A stretch of 64,000 nt of DNA, taken from a virus. Location of the stretch: IMG/VR virus record IMGVR_UViG_3300028025_000090; one strand, given 5' to 3'. The position numbers and the translations under genes are program-made. Under the pieces are notes generated by a model. The model was not told the origin of the DNA, made no database searches, and saw only the letters and a program-made list of their open reading frames with translations. Shown here piece by piece: positions 1-8,928 of this stretch (positions are counted from its first letter, which is position 1; every line of letters starts with the position of its first letter).

Positions 1-159
1 GTTCGGTCTTGGCATGGATAACAAGTGCAATTTCCTCTCTGCTCTTAGCAATCCATCGCAACGTGAGAAATTCATCAAGCGGGGAGATTTGGTTCTTAGC
101 AACTGATCCCTACGCTCCCCCCCCCCTCCCTAATTAAAAAACTAGAATAAAATAATCGC

Positions 160-552
160 ATGAACGAATCACGAATGTATTTCTTCGTTATGTATAACCT
201 TTCAGGGATTCAAAAAGGAATCCAAGCAGGTCACGCAGCAATCGAATATCAACTGGAACACGGTAATAAAAAAGTTTATAAGGACTTTGCAAAATATCAC
301 AAGACATTCATCATCTTGGATGGTGGTGGGTCAGAAGATATGAAATCGCGCCTGATTGAATTGGAATATTTCAAAGTTGATCATGCACCATTTTATGAGC
401 CTGATCTGAACAATTCTTTGAGCGCAATCGCTTTTATTGTTCCTGAAAATATCTATGGTATGGATATTAAAGCAATCGATGATCCTATCTTTGTTACCAG
501 AAATGAAGAATTCGCACGGTATCTCAAATCTTTCAAATTAGCAAGTAATTAA
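160..552 (+). CDS. Peptidyl-tRNA hydrolase (Pth2-like) family protein
   Basis: IQAGHAA...KTFIILDGG...FYEPDLNNSLSAIA matches the Pth2-like pattern; follows motif at 137. Confidence 0.6.
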   Translation: MNESRMYFFVMYNLSGIQKGIQAGHAAIEYQLEHGNKKVYKDFAKYHKTFIILDGGGSEDMKSRLIELEYFKVDHAPFYEPDLNNSLSAIAFIVPENIYGMDIKAIDDPIFVTRNEEFARYLKSFKLASN

Positions 553-560
553 AAAATAAA

Positions 561-827
561 ATGAACGTAAAAACAGAACTAAAAAAAATCGGTGGAGAAA
601 AATTTTTAAATGAAAAAGATTTAAAGGATTTTGGGAAAGCAGAGAAAAAAATATATGAATTGATGTGCGATCTTGAATGGCATTCTGCCACTGAAATAAT
701 CAATGTTAGTGGGCAAAGAGAAGGATTGAGAAGACTTCGAAATCTTAGAGATAAAGGATTGATCATAGAAACTAAAAGACAATCTGAAAGCAGAGACTTC
801 TCATACAAAATGTCCTCCAAACTTTAA
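561..827 (+). CDS. Small winged-helix-like DNA-binding protein
   Basis: WHSATEI...GLRRLRNLRDKGLIIE; coupled to upstream ORF. Confidence 0.45.
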   Translation: MNVKTELKKIGGEKFLNEKDLKDFGKAEKKIYELMCDLEWHSATEIINVSGQREGLRRLRNLRDKGLIIETKRQSESRDFSYKMSSKL

Positions 828-865
828 AATGAACTGTAATTAAAAAACTAGAATACACTAAACAC

Positions 866-1360
866 ATGTCCAATACAACCAAAACACAATCGCTGACTGC
901 TGAAGAATCTATTGATCGCATTCTCAATGCTACGGGTCAATTTGTAAAAGTAGTCTGGAAATCGAATCCGACTCCTGCTGCTGCTCACAAGAAAGCAGGT
1001 ATCGTTCTGGAGAAACATACAAGTGCGGTATGCCGTGCTGGTATCAACTTCGCCAATCTCTCATCGGTGCAACAAGGCATCGCAGAAGGTACCCGTGGTG
1101 AAGTGCAGGAACTTCCATGGGGTCAATGGAAAACATTCCCATATATCATTGAGCATAAAGATGCTGAATATGTGCGTCTTTATCCAACTGATTCTCGCTG
1201 TGAGACTATCTATTTTGTCAACTATGTGAAAGTTGATAAGGAAACTTATGCGAGCTATCTGACTCCATCGGAAGCGGCAAAAATGTCCTCTGGTGAAAAA
1301 CCTGAGTGCTTCACGATCAAGCGTGAAAACATTCTCTCCACTGAAGATTTCGGTGGCTAA
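866..1360 (+). CDS. Phage hypothetical protein
   Basis: 164-aa ORF directly after motif; RAGINFANL...LPWGQW...YVRLYP. Confidence 0.8.
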   Translation: MSNTTKTQSLTAEESIDRILNATGQFVKVVWKSNPTPAAAHKKAGIVLEKHTSAVCRAGINFANLSSVQQGIAEGTRGEVQELPWGQWKTFPYIIEHKDAEYVRLYPTDSRCETIYFVNYVKVDKETYASYLTPSEAAKMSSGEKPECFTIKRENILSTEDFGG

Positions 1361-1454
1361 TCTGTAGGTCTTGGCTTATTCCCTCTCTCCCATAGCCAAG
1401 GGGACTCATATCAGAGAGGGAATTACTTTTAAAAAACTAGAATAGACTCTTCAC

Positions 1455-1784
1455 ATGCACGTTGCCGAAGCTATCCAACACCTCAAAAAAGTTCTTCCTT
1501 ACATTCACACCATCGAGCCGATTGGTAAGAATCTATTCACTGTCAAGTATGCAGCGTGGGTGATTGATGAAGAGAATATGACTGCTCGCAAATTGATCAA
1601 ATGGGCGAAAGCACACAGTTCTGAAAACAATCAGAATACCAAAATCAGGAGCATCATCAAAAAGACAGACAAAAAGATGAATCGTAGGGAAACCAAAAAA
1701 GCTATCAAATCCGAAGACTTTGATAAGATTCCTCAACATGGCAAGGTTGCCATGGAAGACTCTGGATTGGCACAAGATTTATGA
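1455..1784 (+). CDS. Hypothetical basic protein
   Basis: ORF directly after motif. Confidence 0.75.
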   Translation: MHVAEAIQHLKKVLPYIHTIEPIGKNLFTVKYAAWVIDEENMTARKLIKWAKAHSSENNQNTKIRSIIKKTDKKMNRRETKKAIKSEDFDKIPQHGKVAMEDSGLAQDL

Positions 1785-1794
1785 AAACAAGATT

Positions 1795-2016
1795 ATGGAC
1801 AATGTAAAACACTACGACGAAATGAGCGATTGGCAACGTGCAAGCGCAATCCATTCTGCTCGTTACATTCTGGAAGATGTGAGCATGGAGAAATTGGCAG
1901 AAATTACTGGTCTTCCCATGGGTGTGATTTCAGCAGCATTCAAAATCATTTTCGTATCGAAAGATGCGGTGGATGAACCGAAGAGAACGACAAGACCAAT
2001 TAGAATTAAAAACTAG
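1795..2016 (+). CDS. Hypothetical protein (start revised from 1720)
   Basis: In-frame ATG after upstream stop; ends RIKN* inside the motif. Confidence 0.7.
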   Translation: MDNVKHYDEMSDWQRASAIHSARYILEDVSMEKLAEITGLPMGVISAAFKIIFVSKDAVDEPKRTTRPIRIKN

Positions 2017-2096
2017 AATACACTTGAGACATGACAGTGAAGAGGAAAGACCTTGGAGAATTTATCAGAAAGACAACCATTTAAAAATGCAACAAT

Positions 2097-2300
2097 ATGA
2101 TCAAATTTAAAATTATATACAGTATTAATAACGTTACTTACGATGAGTATGGTAGGTCAACAGGTAACACATTGGAACATGAATTGAATAAATTTTTATG
2201 TGATAAAAAAATACAGTTCCTTTCTATCAATCAGGTTGCGAGTGGAAGAAGTGATCACCACGTAACAACAACAATCGCGTATAATATAAACGATATTTAA
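2097..2300 (+). CDS. Hypothetical protein
   Basis: Follows degenerate motif TTAAAAATG at about 2080. Confidence 0.65.
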   Translation: MIKFKIIYSINNVTYDEYGRSTGNTLEHELNKFLCDKKIQFLSINQVASGRSDHHVTTTIAYNINDI

Positions 2301-2344
2301 CTTCTTTAAATACGACCATTTAAAAACTAAAATATACTAACGAC

Positions 2345-2566
2345 ATGAATGATCGGGACTACATTCTTAATGGTAATTATCAAAAGCTTGATGCGCTTTA
2401 TGAACGCTTGAAAAAAGCGGAAGATAAGCTTGAAGATGCTGAAAAAAATGTGATACACAAATATATCCATGTGACACCTGACTTGTGGTATGAAATTATT
2501 TCTTCGATTAGCGACAAGGATTTATTGACAAAGGTTGCGAAAGTGAAAACGAACCATATTAGATGA
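2345..2566 (+). CDS. Hypothetical protein
   Basis: ORF directly after motif. Confidence 0.75.
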   Translation: MNDRDYILNGNYQKLDALYERLKKAEDKLEDAEKNVIHKYIHVTPDLWYEIISSISDKDLLTKVAKVKTNHIR

Positions 2567-2625
2567 TCATCGAAGAGAAGAAAAATCATCTTTAACCGAT
2601 TAAAAAACTAGAATACAATTGAGAC

Positions 2626-3120
2626 ATGACAGACGAACAAAAAGAAAATTTGAATACCAAGATCGCAGCAATTCGTGATGAGAATTACAGCAATTATGGA
2701 CATTCCACTGTCTTCGATTATCATAGTGATACGATTGATAGTCGCGATATCCAAGAAAGGATCGACGAACTTCAATCCGAATTTGATTCTCATGTGGATG
2801 AATACGAAGAATCTGATGGTGAAGAAGATGCAGGAGAAGACCTCCTGAATTGGCTAGAAGAGAATGGTGACGAATTCGTGACACTTCTGGAAATCAAAGA
2901 AGAGGTGGAGCAATATACCAGTGAATGGGATAGCGGAGCTTTTATGATTGCTGATAATCACTTCGAATATTATGCGCAAGAATTTGCAGAAGATACAGGT
3001 GCAATTGATAGAAACGCAAAATGGCCTCTAACACATATTGATTGGGATGAAGCAGCAGAAGAATTGAAATGTGATTATTCGGAAGTTACTATTGCTGGTA
3101 AATCATATTGGATTCAATAA
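2626..3120 (+). CDS. Acidic antirestriction (ArdA-like) candidate
   Basis: Very D/E-rich; YAQEFAEDTG...HIDWDEAAEEL resembles the ArdA C-terminal pattern. Confidence 0.5.
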   Translation: MTDEQKENLNTKIAAIRDENYSNYGHSTVFDYHSDTIDSRDIQERIDELQSEFDSHVDEYEESDGEEDAGEDLLNWLEENGDEFVTLLEIKEEVEQYTSEWDSGAFMIADNHFEYYAQEFAEDTGAIDRNAKWPLTHIDWDEAAEELKCDYSEVTIAGKSYWIQ

Positions 3121-3142
3121 AAAACTAGAATACACTTGAGAC

Positions 3143-3901
3143 ATGACAAACAACCTTACTACCATCGCCAAAGCATTCCGTCACAACACTGGCAAGTCTT
3201 TTCTTGACTCTGGTGATCACTATGGTCGTCACTATGAAAAACCTCCCATTACTGATGAGACTCCATTGGTATCCATTGATACATGGAGAACGGAAATCAA
3301 TGCCACAATCGACACTGCTCGCTTTCTGGCTGAAACCTGTGAAGTCGATACTGAACTTCAAAATCAATTTGATAAGTGGGTTGAACTGGAAGAGAATTCT
3401 GAATTGAATTGGTTCGAAGCGGGAGAGACATTTGCTACAGAAGTGTTAGGTCTAACACAATTGGCGAGAGACAATACTTACAATGGTGAGAATGATTTAT
3501 CTCAAACGTATGTTTGGGAAGTCTATGCCGATGAGGATGACGGTGATTGGATTTACAATGACGATGCTCTGATGGTCGTTTATGCTCACACTGGTTGCGA
3601 TGTGCGCGGTGGTTATGCTTATCCTTTGTTCCTACGATGCCAAGGAGACTACGCTATTCCCATGGATTTGGTAGCTGAATTTTTCATCACCGATGCTCGT
3701 TTGAATGGTGAAGACTTGGAAGACGAAGCATGTCGATCATTGGATGAACAATGGCAATGTGGCTATACTTCCAATCCTGCTTACCATATGTCCAAGGACA
3801 TTGAGCGCATCTTCTCATTCACCAAGACAGTGAACACAGTGGTCGTGAAGCTGACAAGCGGTGAGATTGTCAGAATCATGGCAGGAGCAAGAACATATTA
3901 A
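3143..3901 (+). CDS. Acidic phage hypothetical protein
   Basis: 252-aa ORF after motif; FLDSGDHYGRHY...HTGCDVRGGY. Confidence 0.8.
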   Translation: MTNNLTTIAKAFRHNTGKSFLDSGDHYGRHYEKPPITDETPLVSIDTWRTEINATIDTARFLAETCEVDTELQNQFDKWVELEENSELNWFEAGETFATEVLGLTQLARDNTYNGENDLSQTYVWEVYADEDDGDWIYNDDALMVVYAHTGCDVRGGYAYPLFLRCQGDYAIPMDLVAEFFITDARLNGEDLEDEACRSLDEQWQCGYTSNPAYHMSKDIERIFSFTKTVNTVVVKLTSGEIVRIMAGARTY

Positions 3902-3923
3902 AAAACTAGAATACAATTACATT

Positions 3924-4253
3924 ATGGACATTCTACAAATCATTAAAAACCTTAGAGACAATCTCTGGGCTAAGTATGGCAATCCTCTTGCTAACTATAA
4001 AAAGACTCAAGACGATGTTCATATGACTTACTATGTTGGTAAGTTGATGGAAGAGCAAGGACACGAATATGTGATGCCAGCTGCTATCAAAGGCGAGAAC
4101 GAAGATCGTGTTTATTACTCTGAGCGCGCTCTACACGATGCGTTCCTTGCTGGTCGGCTCTTAGCTAGAGCAGACAGGAAAACACTGAAAGCTGAATTGA
4201 TCATAGAACTGAAAGCGCAATTGCGTGATGCGGTTGATGATATCGAACTCTGA
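3924..4253 (+). CDS. Hypothetical protein (start revised from 3861)
   Basis: ATG 6 nt after TACAAT of motif. Confidence 0.75.
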   Translation: MDILQIIKNLRDNLWAKYGNPLANYKKTQDDVHMTYYVGKLMEEQGHEYVMPAAIKGENEDRVYYSERALHDAFLAGRLLARADRKTLKAELIIELKAQLRDAVDDIEL

Positions 4254-4265
4254 TACAATTACAAT

Positions 4266-4436
4266 ATGCAAATAGGAACAATTGGTAATTATTATGGCTC
4301 TTTATATGTGACCACTGATGGTGGAAAATTTTTCTGGAGTATTGAAAATTATAGTGGAAATAATTGGGAAGAAATTCCTGAAAGTCTTTATAATGAGCTT
4401 GTGAAATTTCAAGAATCACTTAAAAAACTAGATTAA
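4266..4436 (+). CDS. Short hypothetical protein (56 aa)
   Basis: Translated by hand MQIGTIGNYYG...LKKLD*; fills gap between cassettes. Confidence 0.65.
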   Translation: MQIGTIGNYYGSLYVTTDGGKFFWSIENYSGNNWEEIPESLYNELVKFQESLKKLD

Positions 4437-4445
4437 AATTTGGAC

Positions 4446-4643
4446 ATGATGAAGATCGTCAAACTCGACATGGAGCATGTCAATAAAGGAACTCCCACAC
4501 ATGAACTTCCTGTTATCTTCAAAGGTAATAAGAAGCAATGTGAAGGTTTACTCAAACGCTATCAATTTGTAGAAGAAAGCAATCTCTATGGAGGTTACTG
4601 GAACGACGAAGAACAAAACAGTTATTTTATTATACCAGCATGA
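4446..4643 (+). CDS. Hypothetical protein
   Basis: ATG 6 nt after TAAAAT of motif. Confidence 0.7.
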   Translation: MMKIVKLDMEHVNKGTPTHELPVIFKGNKKQCEGLLKRYQFVEESNLYGGYWNDEEQNSYFIIPA

Positions 4644-4852
4644 AAAGACTCACTAAAGAAGAAATAGAACGATTCGCAACTGATTCCACAAACAAGGATG
4701 CTGTATGGAATTTCCTTGGCACTGCTCATCACTGTGGCAATTATGTCAATGCGGTTGCCAATCTGTTAGACGATGCGGCATTGTATGGTTGGAACAATTT
4801 GACTGTGATGGCAATCTATGAGGGATTGAAATACGCAAATTTAAAAAACTAG
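4640..4852 (+). CDS. Hypothetical protein
   Basis: ATGA overlap with upstream ORF; ends NLKN* in motif. Confidence 0.7.
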   Translation: MKRLTKEEIERFATDSTNKDAVWNFLGTAHHCGNYVNAVANLLDDAALYGWNNLTVMAIYEGLKYANLKN

Positions 4853-4866
4853 ACTACACTTGGGAC

Positions 4867-5412
4867 ATGACAACGACACGAAAAGTAATCGAATCAATCG
4901 ATCTTGAAAAACACGGGCAAGAAGTCCATGGAAATGAGGATCTTTGTAATGTATTTGGTATCTACGAATACTTATATTTTGATGAACGGATCAAAATGGT
5001 GTTTGTTCGCCCTCATCTTTGCACAGACTCTTGGGTTGGTGTTAGAGCATACTTTCTTGATGGAGAATTCGTAGCAATCTCCTCACAAGTTGGTCGAAAA
5101 TGGGATGAAGAATTTAAATTCGTCTCCAACGAAGCAGCAATGAAAGTTAAAGATTATGTATTGTCTTTCGTAGAACCTCGATACGATATTAGCATTGCTG
5201 ATGATCTGGATGCCGAAATTGATGATTTTTATACCGTTGAGTATGCTGAACAAATTCTACACAAGCATGGTATATATCAAGGAGAACGTGTTGCAATCAA
5301 ACGCAAGCATAGAAATTGGAATGATTTTTACACTGCAACGATTATGGTGAATGTAAAAGAATGCGATGTGGATTGTCGCGAAATTCAATTGGCTTACGTC
5401 GATCTTTCTTGA
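4867..5412 (+). CDS. Phage hypothetical protein
   Basis: 181-aa ORF after motif. Confidence 0.8.
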   Translation: MTTTRKVIESIDLEKHGQEVHGNEDLCNVFGIYEYLYFDERIKMVFVRPHLCTDSWVGVRAYFLDGEFVAISSQVGRKWDEEFKFVSNEAAMKVKDYVLSFVEPRYDISIADDLDAEIDDFYTVEYAEQILHKHGIYQGERVAIKRKHRNWNDFYTATIMVNVKECDVDCREIQLAYVDLS

Positions 5413-5434
5413 AAAACTAGAATACAATTGAGAT

Positions 5435-5581
5435 ATGACAGCGCAAAGAAATCCAATCAATGGTAGTATCACGATCACCACGATTAAATTCAAACGACTG
5501 ATCACAAGGACTTTCTACGATTATACGATGGACGAAGCATTGGAAGAATTCAAAAGCTATCTTAAATCTCTGAAAAAATGA
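5435..5581 (+). CDS. Short hypothetical protein (48 aa)
   Basis: ATG 6 nt after motif hexamer; translated by hand. Confidence 0.6.
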   Translation: MTAQRNPINGSITITTIKFKRLITRTFYDYTMDEALEEFKSYLKSLKK

Positions 5582-5817
5582 AAAACAAATTTACAACCCA
5601 AGAAGTGTGGCGATACGTGGAAGGATTCATGTCTAGCCAATCGAATAGTCAAGAGCTATCCATGAATGAAATCCTTTCCATGCTGAAAAATGCGTTGGCA
5701 TGTATCGAAGATGGTGATGATGGTCTTGTTGCTTATCTTGATCGCATGGAATACTACAGGAATATTCAGTTGGAACAGATGGTAAGAGTATCTTCTTCGA
5801 TAAAAACTAAAGCATAA
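5578..5817 (+). CDS. Hypothetical protein
   Basis: ATGA overlap with upstream ORF. Confidence 0.7.
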   Translation: MKNKFTTQEVWRYVEGFMSSQSNSQELSMNEILSMLKNALACIEDGDDGLVAYLDRMEYYRNIQLEQMVRVSSSIKTKA

Positions 5818-5824
5818 TCGGGAC

Positions 5825-6010
5825 ATGGAAAATTATTCAAAGATTGAAAAACCAATCGAAGCTACTTTATACAAGAAAAACAAACCACCAGTATCTTGTT
5901 GTGTCGTGGGAATCAAATTAACTAGTTTGGGTATTATGTTGGAAGTAATGTCGTCTTATGGATTAGAAATGGTTAATCCTGATGATGTCATTCAGAATTT
6001 TAAAAACTAA
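5825..6010 (+). CDS. Hypothetical protein
   Basis: After motif; ends NFKN*. Confidence 0.7.
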   Translation: MENYSKIEKPIEATLYKKNKPPVSCCVVGIKLTSLGIMLEVMSSYGLEMVNPDDVIQNFKN

Positions 6011-6024
6011 AGCATAATTAGGAT

Positions 6025-6234
6025 ATGATGACATACTCACTGAATCTTGAAAATTGGGGACATTATCCTCAAGCTGAAAATATGTTAGGTCGTTACATCG
6101 AAGAGCAATCCAATGGTCTTTACAACGAAGAACATCGTAAAGTATTTCATAACAAAAAAATTAGCAAGCTGAAACAAGAGAAGATACGCGCATTTTCTGA
6201 TGCATTGCATCGCACTCAATTTGGCGCACCTTAA
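6025..6234 (+). CDS. Hypothetical protein
   Basis: After motif. Confidence 0.7.
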   Translation: MMTYSLNLENWGHYPQAENMLGRYIEEQSNGLYNEEHRKVFHNKKISKLKQEKIRAFSDALHRTQFGAP

Positions 6235-6255
6235 AAACTAGAGCATAATCAACAC

Positions 6256-6474
6256 ATGACAATTAAAAGCGTTCTCATTTGGCCAGAAGAAATTTGTTTG
6301 GGGTGGCATTCATCCGCAGAAAACAAATCAGAAGATACCCACTATTCTCAATCAGCAGCAGAAGCAATCTGTATGATGCTAATCCGCAAAGGATTTGGTT
6401 GTGATGGTAAGGTGTTCCCTCTAAACGCCAGAGTCGAAATCGATGGCGAGGTCGCATGGCAGTGGAAAGATTAA
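6256..6474 (+). CDS. Hypothetical protein
   Basis: After motif. Confidence 0.7.
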   Translation: MTIKSVLIWPEEICLGWHSSAENKSEDTHYSQSAAEAICMMLIRKGFGCDGKVFPLNARVEIDGEVAWQWKD

Positions 6475-6495
6475 AAACTAGAATATACTTAGGAC

Positions 6496-6846
6496 ATGAC
6501 AGGACGGGACATGACAGGAGAACAAAATGAATTCATTAAAAATCATTTCTTCAGAAATTATGATGATCATGGTTGGGATAATATCGCACAGAAGCTTCTC
6601 AAAGATGGGAAATGTATTGTTGCGGGAAATAGCAAATTGTGGCATGGTGGTGTGGGTAACTTTATCAAATGCACCCCTGCTGAAGATGCTATTGGTTGTT
6701 CTTTACTAACATTCGATAAAGAATCTTTTTTACAATCGGTATGGGTCAAAGAGCAAGTTGAATACTATTTGAAAGAATTGACACATCAAATTGATTCTTT
6801 ACGAGATGAGCGATATGCAATCGAGAATCTACTATTAAAAAACTAG
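6496..6846 (+). CDS. Hypothetical protein
   Basis: After motif; ends LLKN*. Confidence 0.75.
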   Translation: MTGRDMTGEQNEFIKNHFFRNYDDHGWDNIAQKLLKDGKCIVAGNSKLWHGGVGNFIKCTPAEDAIGCSLLTFDKESFLQSVWVKEQVEYYLKELTHQIDSLRDERYAIENLLLKN

Positions 6847-6860
6847 AATATACTTGGGAC

Positions 6861-7031
6861 ATGACAAGAGACGAATTACTACCAATCATTGAAAAGATGG
6901 AACAATACGGTGGAAGCTTTGCGAAATCGCTGGCAGTTGCCATGCGTTATGCTGATTCAAACAATCTTCAGCGCATTGTGAATGCCTTCCCCGAAATGAT
7001 TGAAAGCTACTCAGAATTTTTAAAAAACTAA
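6861..7031 (+). CDS. Short hypothetical protein (56 aa)
   Basis: After motif; YGGSFAKSLAVAMRYADSNN; ends FLKN*. Confidence 0.7.
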   Translation: MTRDELLPIIEKMEQYGGSFAKSLAVAMRYADSNNLQRIVNAFPEMIESYSEFLKN

Positions 7032-7045
7032 ATTAGAATAATAAC

Positions 7046-7342
7046 ATGAACATCGACAACATCGAAAAAGCATTATTTATCAAACAAAGAATTGACAATA
7101 ACAACATCGCAATTAAAAAAATTGATTCTCTCCTCGCGAAATATCCTAATGGAAACTCCGATGGTAAGTCATTCAATGGAGATGGTAAAATTTACGGTCT
7201 TCATTTGGGAGAGTATAAAGATGGTAGTGGAATTTCGATTGAACTTACTGGTTCCTTGATTCAAACCCAATTATTGGAAAATGCGATGCGATTATTGGAA
7301 GCTCAAATCGAAAATGATATCAAAGTTATCGAATCTCTATAA
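7046..7342 (+). CDS. Hypothetical protein
   Basis: After motif. Confidence 0.75.
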   Translation: MNIDNIEKALFIKQRIDNNNIAIKKIDSLLAKYPNGNSDGKSFNGDGKIYGLHLGEYKDGSGISIELTGSLIQTQLLENAMRLLEAQIENDIKVIESL

Positions 7343-7365
7343 AAACTAGAATACACTAAAAGCAC

Positions 7366-7500
7366 ATGAAATACATCTATCGAATCTGGAACTTCTTTTC
7401 CCCACCTGCTACTCCCACCTATGGTTGGAAAATCCTTGAACAACGGTCTTGGCTAGATAAACAAGTCCAAGAACAATTATTGAAACAAAGAGAATATTGA
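7366..7500 (+). CDS. Short hypothetical protein (44 aa)
   Basis: After motif; translated by hand. Confidence 0.5.
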   Translation: MKYIYRIWNFFSPPATPTYGWKILEQRSWLDKQVQEQLLKQREY

Positions 7501-7501
7501 T

Positions 7502-7684
7502 ATGACAAATCAGGCAAAAATAAAACAATTGGTGAAGAATGTGGAAGAACGTTCTCGTGAATACAATGGTGGAGACATCTGTTATCCTTTCATTGTTGGT
7601 TGGTTGGAGAGTGCAATGACAAATATTCTGGAGTATAACAGATCACTTGATTCAGAACTGGAAAAATCAAAATTTAAAAACTAA
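7502..7684 (+). CDS. Hypothetical protein
   Basis: Coupled to upstream ORF; ends KFKN*. Confidence 0.7.
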   Translation: MTNQAKIKQLVKNVEERSREYNGGDICYPFIVGWLESAMTNILEYNRSLDSELEKSKFKN

Positions 7685-7698
7685 AATATAATTACATT

Positions 7699-8079
7699 AT
7701 GACAATTGCCAAACAATTAAAGATCAAAGAATTTCCATTTGAAATCAAAGATTCCAATGGTAAAGAGATTTACTGGGAGGACTCCAATGGATATTGGTCA
7801 AAGCGTGAATTCGATTCCAAGGGTAATCGGATTTACTTCGAGAACTCCTATGGATTCTGGGAAAAGCGTGAATACGATTCCAAGGGTAATAAGATTTACT
7901 TTGAGGACTCCGATGGATATTGGGTAAAACGTGAATTCGATTCCGAGGGTAAAGAGATTTACTACGAGGACTCCAAGGGAAAAATCATTGACAATCGTAC
8001 CAAAACGGAAATCCAAAAAGCCATCGAACTCTTGACAAAAGAAGGATTGCTGGTAGATGGAAAGATTCTTAAAAACTAA
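7699..8079 (+). CDS. 21-aa-repeat protein, paralogue 1 (3 units)
   Basis: MTIAKQLKIKEFPFEIKDS head, xxIYxExSxGxWxKRExDSxG units, KAIELLTKEGLLVDGKILKN tail. Confidence 0.9.
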   Translation: MTIAKQLKIKEFPFEIKDSNGKEIYWEDSNGYWSKREFDSKGNRIYFENSYGFWEKREYDSKGNKIYFEDSDGYWVKREFDSEGKEIYYEDSKGKIIDNRTKTEIQKAIELLTKEGLLVDGKILKN

Positions 8080-8093
8080 ATTACAATTACATT

Positions 8094-8474
8094 ATGACAA
8101 TTGCTAAACAATTAAAAATCAAAGAATTTCCATTTGAAATCAAAGATTCCGATGGTAATCAGATTTACTGGGAGAACTCCAGTGAATTCTGGGCAAAGCG
8201 TGAATTCGATTCCAAGGGTAAAGAGATTTACTGGGAGACATCCGATGGAGCTTGGATAAAGCGTGAATTCGATTCCGAGGGTAATCGGATTTACTACGAG
8301 AACTTCAAGGGATATTGGGAAAAACGGAAATACGATTCCAATGGTAAAGAGATTTACTGGGAGACTTCCAATGGAGTAATCATTGATAATCGTCCTAAAA
8401 CAGATGTGCAGAAAGCCATCGAACTCCTCACAAAAGAAGGATTGATCGTGGATGGAAAGATTCTTAAAAACTAG
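8094..8474 (+). CDS. 21-aa-repeat protein, paralogue 2 (3 units)
   Basis: Same head, tail and unit. Confidence 0.9.
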   Translation: MTIAKQLKIKEFPFEIKDSDGNQIYWENSSEFWAKREFDSKGKEIYWETSDGAWIKREFDSEGNRIYYENFKGYWEKRKYDSNGKEIYWETSNGVIIDNRPKTDVQKAIELLTKEGLIVDGKILKN

Positions 8475-8488
8475 CGTAATATAACGAC

Positions 8489-8722
8489 ATGGTAACTGAT
8501 AAACAGTTGATTCAATGGGCAAGACACAGATGTGCAAGCAAAAATAGCTCTCCTGAACACGAACTATTTGCTGAAATTACATCACGATACGAAGCGTCTC
8601 TATACATTTTGGATAATGTTTCTCGACATTGTTTGATGTTTAGCAATGATCGCAAGATTTTCATGGAAAATCTTATAATTTGGGCTAAAAAATATAATAA
8701 TATACCACATGCCCAAGATTAA
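8489..8722 (+). CDS. Hypothetical protein
   Basis: After motif. Confidence 0.65.
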   Translation: MVTDKQLIQWARHRCASKNSSPEHELFAEITSRYEASLYILDNVSRHCLMFSNDRKIFMENLIIWAKKYNNIPHAQD

Positions 8723-8832
8723 AATATATCTCGATACAAACCGAGCTAAGGGATTCCCAATCTCTGAAAAGAATCGTAAGCGGTCTTTTTTGTATAGACT
8801 TTTACGAAAGATTTGGTAAGTATCATAATAAC

Positions 8833-8927
8833 GAGGGTGTACCAGAACGCACTTCTAATGCGTGGACGTTTAAATATACTGTAATTGGATATGTCCTATG
8901 TAGGTTCGAATCCTATCATCCTCGCCA
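8833..8927 (+). ncRNA. tRNA-like RNA, anticodon UCU (Arg), no D-arm, enlarged extra arm
   Basis: Acceptor GAGGGTG/CATCCTC + G-CCA; anticodon arm ACGCA-CTTCTAA-TGCGT; T-arm GTAGG-TTCGAAT-CCTAT; only 7 nt between acceptor and anticodon stems. Confidence 0.75.
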
Positions 8928-8928
8928 T

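Noticed and set aside
1368-1423. HDV-like (theta) ribozyme
   Set aside because: Could not fit P3/L3/P1.1 and the catalytic C between the two helices
8833-8927. tmRNA or tRNA-Sec
   Set aside because: No G3-U70 Ala identity, no tag ORF, too short for tmRNA; anticodon is UCU not UCA and the D-arm is absent
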